Shown here piece by piece: positions 57,841 to 64,000 of a stretch of DNA of 64,000 bases. Numbering within the stretch: position 1 is the first letter of the stretch; every line of letters starts with the position of its first letter. The position numbers were made by a program, and so were the translations under genes. Source of the DNA: Iphione sp. A-MEVVRFRX5. Taxonomy: Eukaryota. The stretch lies in assembly GCA_976226885.1 (NCBI GenBank), contig OZ320319.1, forward strand, positions 49,910,001 to 49,974,000, read 5' to 3'. Below the pieces are notes generated by a model. That model was not told the origin of the DNA and ran no database searches. It saw nothing but the letters and a program-made list of their open reading frames with translations.

Positions 57841-58948
57841 TTTTAGTTTAAGGAAGACTTTTCCGGTCTCTAGTGTGGGATTACTTGCAAATGAAGAAAC
57901 TAGCCACACTGGGATGGGTATTCACCTTTTTATTGAGGATTATGCATGAGGGGCATGAATCCTCAACCTGGCAGTAAAGTTATGTGGCAATATATCTTTT
58001 CTGGTAGAGGAGTTGTCTACTGTCAGAGGTTCCACTTAATAAAAATGAATTATGCTTATGTGTTGGTGTTTTGACTAATAAAATGATGCAGCTTACTGAG
58101 TTGGTGTTTTTCTCCTATGTCTGAACCTGGGTCAGCCTAGTAGATGTAGAAATGGCTTGGATGGCTTCAAGGTCCCTCTGGTGGTGATGTTCAGCTGTCT
58201 GTTCCCAGATCAGATCTGTCTGAGTGGGTCAGATGTGGCTGCTTTTAAAGGGCCTGGACTCTATGCTAATGAGGGAGGGAATCAATCAGACCTTTTGGCA
58301 AAGGTACACCCTCTGTCCAAGGGTAGACCTTCTGCAAAAGGTACCTTTCTGCAAAGGTATGATGTAATATAGAGTATTGACCCAATGTGGTATGGGGGGA
58401 GGGGAGGCTGGTAAATCAGACCTTTTGCTAAAGGTAGGAGAGAACCTTTTGTCAAAGGTGTAGGGGTGGGGACCTTTTGTCAAAGGTGTATATAGAGTAT
58501 TGATCTAATATGGTATGGGGGAGGGGAGACTGGTAAATCAGACCTTTTGCTAAAGGTAGGAGAGAACCTTTCGTCAAAGGTATAAGGGGGACCTTTTGTC
58601 AAAGGTGTAGAGGTGGGGACCTTTTGTCAAAGGTGTAGGGGAACCTTTTGACAAAGGTATGAGGGGAACCTTTCAGAAAAGGTGTGAGAGGGGGGGGACC
58701 TTTTGCTAAAGGTGTGGAGGGAACCTTTTGCTAAAGGTGTAGGGGGACCTTTTGCCAAAGGTATAGGAGAACCTTTTGGCAAAGGTATGGAGGGAACCTT
58801 TTGGTAAAGGTATGGAGGGAACCTTTCGCTAAAGGTATAGGGGGACCTTTTGGCAAAGGTATGGAGGGAACCTTTTTCTAAAGGTGTGAGTTATGATTGA
58901 GACTGGATTTCTCTGATGGGGAATTTTTGAAGAGTTGATAACTTAACA
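57841..58948 (-). repeat. Gypsy B 5' LTR (1108 bp)
   Basis: About 7 substitutions relative to the 3' LTR, plus a 99-bp difference in the internal repeat array. AATAAA at about 57929-57934 (minus strand). Confidence 0.95.
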
Positions 58949-59088
58949 ATCTCCAATTTGTACTCATCATTTTGATATATATATTTCCAATATCCAACAC
59001 ATACAGGCTTCAAAATCAATGAATTACTTTGTTAAGGGCTGTTGGTGACGTCAAATGACGCCATTCGACTCGGTCGGGATAGGGTTAG

Positions 59089-59330
59089 GGCAAGTGGCCC
59101 AGCATCAGTCCGACTGGTATGACAGCAAGGTGAGACTCTAGCATCTACAGGAGGGGGACTTGGTCTGGTTGTTCCAGCCCTTGAAGAAGCTAGGAAGAAT
59201 GCCCAAGCTGGAGAGATGGTTGACGGGCCCTTGGAAGGTGGAGAGGAAGTTATCTGCTGTCGTCTTCAGGATAAAGAAGTAGAAATCCATAAAGATAGTC
59301 CATGGTGACTTGCTGAAGGTAGCTCATCGA
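59089..59330 (+). pseudogene. Continuation of Gypsy A integrase (GPY/F-type C-terminal domain)
   Basis: Removing 31458-59088 gives the in-frame KVAVLLGQVAQHQSDWYDSK...EGDLVWL...PKLERWLTGPWKV. Confidence 0.85.
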
Positions 59331-59941
59331 GTGGAAGAGGGGGAGGAACTAGCCCATGTGGGAATGCTGCTGAAATGAAGCTCAACCAAGGAAGAAGATG
59401 TTAAGCAAGTGTGGTTTGCTGGAAGAGTGCTTGTGGTCCGAATACGACTGTCGAATAAGAAGCCTGGCGCATTGGAGAAGCTACCAGTGCAGGGGACGAG
59501 CTCAGCACCACACACAGGGAAGAGCATAAACCAAGTTCATCTGTGCAGGATGCAAGTATCAGGATTAGTGGAGAAGACAAGTGTGAAGAGTTTCCAGCCA
59601 GTAAAATGAACTTATCACTGCTCATGGGGAAAGGTCAGTGTGTATTGCAAGGAACAGATTCGTTTGCCGCATGACTCGGCAATGGCCATGCTGTTCCCTG
59701 ATGCACAAGGTGAAGTTGGGGTCCTGCCACTGTACGGAAAGGGACAGAAGCAGAAAATTGGGAATGTTGGGGTGCTGCTATCATACGGAAATCAGGTGAA
59801 CTGCATAGGGACCACGACAGCGGCACCCCCTCGTGAATGCGGGGGAAAACTACAGAACTGAGAGGCGAATTCAAGGATCCTCCAGATGTGGTTAACGAGG
59901 AATTTGAGCTCCTCGGTGCCATTATTGGTGAAGAAAGATAA

Positions 59942-60505
59942 TGTAATTTGCGTGTTTACTTTCCCATTTGGAGTAATCCAACTATTGTGTACTGCTGTAC
60001 TGCCTTGACTATCCTGCTAGTATTCCAGTGTAGCTCCCTCTTAGTATCCACCCCTAGTGGTAAGTCCAAGTGGGTTTGTTCGGCTTAGCATTCCCAAAGC
60101 AACAAGTTCCACTCAAGAGATCCAAGTGCAGACTGTTTTATTGGCCACACAGGGCCCTTATTTATACTAAACCAGCATGTCATGTGACCAACAGTGATGT
60201 CAACAATGTATCTAGTCATGGAATAAAATGGATACAACATCCCAAGTGTAGTTTCTCTTCACCAATCAGCTTAAAGCAAGTAGTTACAATATAGCAGATG
60301 CCTGGGAATCCAGGGTCCAAGGTCACCTCTACCATCAAAATTGCCTACGGTACCGTAGCCGTCCCTATCCACGGGGTTCATCAAGTACATTATGATATGA
60401 AATGCCTACGGGACCGTAGCTGTTAGTAACTCCAGGGTTCACAAAGTACACTCCTCGACAATCTCGCTATGGTACCGCAGGCAACACCGACCTTACGCTT
60501 CTACA
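59942..60505 (-). repeat. 3' LTR of a third LTR element C (564 bp, TGTA...TACA)
   Basis: Minus-strand PPT AAAGAGGGGAGAG (60506-60518) abuts TGTAG. TATAAATA at about 60160-60166 and AATAAA at 60137-60142 (minus strand). Confidence 0.7.
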
Positions 60506-63273
60506 CTCTCCCCTCTTTAAAACACATCTCAGGGGAGTAGACATGCAGTCAACCGCAATTACAGTGTTGCACCGCCTAGACCTGGGTAGAGGAATGCATC
60601 TCACATAATCCCCATAGGGGATTATTACTTACATCACTACAGATAAGAGTGGCGTCCCATCATGCCACCTGACATTCATAATCACAGTTAATCCAACCAG
60701 GTCCTCAACGACAAATTGATTTGAGGTAACTAATCACAGTAATAACAACCACAGTCCTTATCACAGCTAACTTTCTCCATCTGACTTCTTGGGTATACAC
60801 AAAACATCTTTTTGGGGCTAGGGGTGCCCTTCATTTTCTGTTCATCAGCAGGAACAATGCAAAATCGATGTAAGACTACTAATCACAGTAACAATATCAA
60901 TCACAGTAAGAATCAAGTAACAACCACAGTCTCTTAATCACAGCTAGCTAGCCTTCCGGTCTGACTTCTTGAATATGTATAATCTCTTAATCACAGCTAG
61001 CTAGCCTTCCGGTCTGACTTCTTGAATATGTATACCAAACATCTTTTTGGGGGCTACAGGTGCCCTTCGTTTTACCGACCAACAGCAGTGGCAACATCTT
61101 GCAACAGCTGAGAGGAAGAACATCTACAGTCTCTTGATCACAGCTAACTCCGCAACGTATATCACAGCTAGCCTTCCAGTCTGATTTCCTGGATAGGTAC
61201 ACCAAACATCCTGGTCCCCGTAGGGGCCCACACTACCTAGCAAGAACAGCGCTCATATATTTTTTTGAGGGAAAGAGACCTCCCCTGTCACCGTAACATC
61301 TTGTGGTACCTAATATACCTTAGCCCCCATCGGAGACATCAACACCACAATAACACAATTACTTCCATATCATACAGAGCCTCATATATACACCTAACAA
61401 TCTGATGAGGCTTCTCCCACCTCACTCTCGGGCAACCAGTTCGGTAACGTAATTAGTCTGTCTACCTAGCTGGCCCGGTCAGGGTCAGCCTCCGACTCCG
61501 TCGTCGTAGAGACCGGGACGGTGAGAGGCGCTGGGACGGTGAGAGGCGCTCCCACCTAGGAGGGGGCCACACGATCGAAGCAGGCAGCCGGACTGGGCTT
61601 GGTTGCGGGTGGTGTCTCATTGTCGCCACATGGGGCGGAACCAGGCCGCCCAGTACATCTCGCACCCGCTCAGCGATCCTCGGGCGACGGTGCGGTGACA
61701 GGACATACTGGGCCAGTCGCGTCAGATGCCCATCTCCAAGAGCTGCCGGACTGGGGACTGGTTCCGCTGCGATCCCGTCGCCGTCTAGCGTTGAACCATC
61801 AGGCTCGGCGTCGTCCAGCTCGTGGTCATCCCCTCTGCAGTCTCGCTCCTGGTATACGCCGGAGGTCCCAGGTTGGGGACCTTCCTCGCCGTCATCCGAC
61901 TCGATGTCGCTCGCCCCCACTGGACGAGCAGGGGGGGTGGAGGGCCCCCCTTCGGCCTCGTGGGAAGGTGGACCAAGGGCCACTGGGGGGGGTTGCAGGT
62001 CTACGGCGGGTGCCGTGGGCTCGGGGTGGTGAATGGTCGGAGGTGGGGCCGGAGCTGCCTCCTGTGGTATCGACAGGGGGTCGCATAGATCACACCGGCG
62101 CCCACCCCCGGGCGGTGCAGCTCTCCGGGGTGCGTCGGCAAGAAGGGTTTCGGCTTCTCCCTCTCCCATAGGCTCCCCTTGCAGCCTCCATGCACGGGCC
62201 GCAAGCAATATGCTGGTCAACTCATCGTCGGGGGCGGTTACAACATGTCCCCCCTCCTGGGCCTGCTCATGTAGCACCCGATACTCCTTTTCTGTCAGGC
62301 CCAGTTGCACGGCCCAGGCATGATAATGTCGTTGATGGGAGGCCCAATAATACTCATCTGAGATTTTGCTGGGGCACCATAAACACAACATTGGCCTTGC
62401 CCGTTTCTGTTTCTTCAGGTGATATTCCTGGACATGACGTTCAATGGATTCCCCCGGGTAAAACGGACGTGGAACAACACACCGGTGACATATGGTAACA
62501 TCCGCAGGCAGCTTACGTTTAGACTTCAACGTCGTCGGCAGTTTGGGGTGATCCACCTTTTCGCGGGTCATCTCGGGGCAACTCAGCAGCCCAAGGCTGC
62601 CTACGGGACCGTAGCGGGGGGGAGCCAGTCAAAGTCACTCTAAGTGTAAATCGTCTACTGGACCGTAGGGGAGATAGCACAATCGGTGAGGTATCGCAAT
62701 AACACAGGTGTTAACCTTACCTCTGGAACTCACAGTCTTACTAGCAAGTCCCTACGGTGCCGTAGTAGGAAGGCCGGGTCACACGTTGCCTACGGGGCCG
62801 TAGGGGAGGCGATCGTCTGCAACATCACTGTATCGTTCTTCCCCGGCGTTCTGGCACGGTGGCTCCCTCCAAAAGACTTTGTTCCACATCTATGTATGTC
62901 ATGGGTCATGGGTGCTACTCAATTCCTCTTCTCACAGGCTCCTCCTTAGCATAATTACCAATTTTCCAAGACCGAAAACACATCACGCTTCGTGGTAGGA
63001 TCCAAAACGAGGCTGGGCGGATGTTTTGGTTCGCCGCTTCCGGCCTACGGGACCGTAGCCGAATAGTCTTCACAAACTGTCTTTCTTTCCCCCGCCTACG
63101 GTTCCTTAGGCATCCTCCCATCTCGATTGTTGTTCTATAATCATTTTAGATATTTCCATACCTGACTTTCCTGTTTTAATTCCTCCCAATCGTCATAGCG
63201 TCCGCCTACGGTGCCGTAGGCACTTGTCGTGACCCTTTTTGCGTCGTTATCCACCCGGCTACGGGACCGTAGT
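60343..63273. promoter_or_regulatory. 11 dispersed palindromes (G)CCTACGG-NN-CCGTAG(C/G)
   Basis: Copies at 60343, 60404, 60466 (LTR) and about 62599, 62655, 62751, 62788, 63043, 63094, 63204, 63258. Confidence 0.85.
61462..62571 (-). CDS. Two-finger C2H2-type zinc-finger protein with an acidic/Pro-rich tail
   Basis: CHRC-x14-HVQEYH and CLWC-x12-HQRHYH; acidic SDDGEE/DDHELDDAE region; basic C-terminus. Confidence 0.7.
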   Translation of the reverse strand: MTREKVDHPKLPTTLKSKRKLPADVTICHRCVVPRPFYPGESIERHVQEYHLKKQKRARPMLCLWCPSKISDEYYWASHQRHYHAWAVQLGLTEKEYRVLHEQAQEGGHVVTAPDDELTSILLAARAWRLQGEPMGEGEAETLLADAPRRAAPPGGGRRCDLCDPLSIPQEAAPAPPPTIHHPEPTAPAVDLQPPPVALGPPSHEAEGGPSTPPARPVGASDIESDDGEEGPQPGTSGVYQERDCRGDDHELDDAEPDGSTLDGDGIAAEPVPSPAALGDGHLTRLAQYVLSPHRRPRIAERVRDVLGGLVPPHVATMRHHPQPSPVRLPASIVWPPPRWERLSPSQRLSPSRSLRRRSRRLTLTGPAR

Positions 63274-64000
63274 CGATCCAATTCCCGCGTTGTCCCTATA
63301 TAAGCCAGTGCACGTCGTGACTTGGCGTCAGTTTCACTTCAGGCGCTTAGCAGTGAACACAGGCTTTTCTCTTCTGCCATGGAGATTTGGGGCTCCTATG
63401 ACCTGGGCAAGCTATCCAGCTACCCTCCTACTGAGGATAGGTATGCAAGCAGGTGATCCTCTTGACAGCTGATCAGGCTGGAACTGGTTAGCCATTCTTG
63501 TTGGAGTTGGAGTTCTCTTACCAGTTGTCTTCAGGTTCCATGCTTCTCCTCCTGGGCCGGGAGACTCAGGTGAGTTAGGTTTTTTTTTTTTTTTTTTTTG
63601 CACTCACCTCCGTCTTCTCTCTCCTTCATTCTAGGGGGGCGGTTCCAGATCCCTACTTCCGTCACCTCGACATTGCCACCCCGGGTCCGACAGTGCGGGT
63701 TTATGGGTTGTATGGTATCTTAGACAACCCTCTGTACATCCCGTCTCCCGGCCACGTCCGTCTGTTCGGGCCCGAGCACGTCATTGATGTCACCATCCAT
63801 CCCGCTGGACCAGAGGAGCCTCCTCTACCGCAGGTGTTTGACCCATGGTGGGCCAATCATCATCAGGACCGGGTTTCGCCCGACCTCGGGGTGGCTGACG
63901 TGGACGCCACCCTGCAGAGCTGCTCTGACTCCTCCCAAGACGGCGTAGAGGGGTACATGGCCGTGCCCTGGGGCCCATCTTCCTTGCCCCTTCTTCCATC

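Larger units (their letters stand above)
35613..58948 (-). mobile_element. Gypsy element B: 23,336-bp env-bearing retrovirus-like LTR element with accessory genes
   Basis: Two near-identical LTRs, 4-bp TSD ATCT (35609-35612, 58949-58952), PBS, PPT, gag, pol and env. Confidence 0.96.
31458..59084 (+). mobile_element. piggyBac transposon (about 4.3 kb without the nested Gypsy B)
   Basis: 13-bp TIRs CCCTATCCCGACC (31458-31470) and GGTCGGGATAGGG (59072-59084); TTAG duplicated at 31454-31457 and 59085-59088. Confidence 0.92.
59942..64000 (-). mobile_element. 3' end of LTR element C, continuing beyond the window
   Basis: LTR, PPT, repeat-rich 3' region and a 3' accessory ORF; gag and pol are not in the window. 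Confidence 0.6.

Noticed and set aside
59942-60505. This LTR as the 3' LTR of plus-strand Gypsy A
   Set aside because: The strong PPT, TATA and AATAAA are on the minus strand, with internal sequence to the right, which fits a separate element C better.
63790-63999. Identifiable protein at the window edge
   Set aside because: A truncated low-complexity fragment with no recognisable motif.

Overview
This is eukaryotic (animal, probably invertebrate; host assignment is inference) genomic DNA made almost entirely of stacked mobile elements. I see no ordinary host gene. (1) 908-25925: a complete 25.0-kb Polinton/Maverick (adintovirus-like) provirus with AGTAGT termini, 39-bp perfect TIRs and a TATATT 6-bp TSD. 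It encodes pPolB, integrase, packaging ATPase, major and minor capsids, adenain protease and many spliced accessory genes. This copy is damaged by in-frame stops, a frameshift and a 339-bp GIY-YIG insertion in the ExoI motif. Its pPolB reads in frame into a NADAR-like domain and appears to carry a 4-exon spliced N-terminal extension. (2) 27194-31453 plus about 59089-59330: a decayed Ty3/Gypsy element (A). (3) 31458-59084: a piggyBac inserted in element A, with a TTAG TSD, an intron-containing transposase and a second convergent spliced gene. (4) 35613-58948: a young 23.3-kb env-bearing Gypsy retrovirus-like element (B, minus strand) inserted in the piggyBac. It has gag, a -1 frameshift signal, pol, an F-like env, four paralogous unknown accessory ORFs each preceded by a splice acceptor, and a 725-aa repeat protein. 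(5) 59942-64000: the 3' end of a third LTR element (C, minus strand) with a C2H2 zinc-finger ORF and 11 CTACGG-NN-CCGTAG palindromes shared between its LTR and the region upstream of that ORF. All calls are by eye from motifs and reading frames; no database searches were run. Several frameshifts lie in homopolymers and may be assembly errors.
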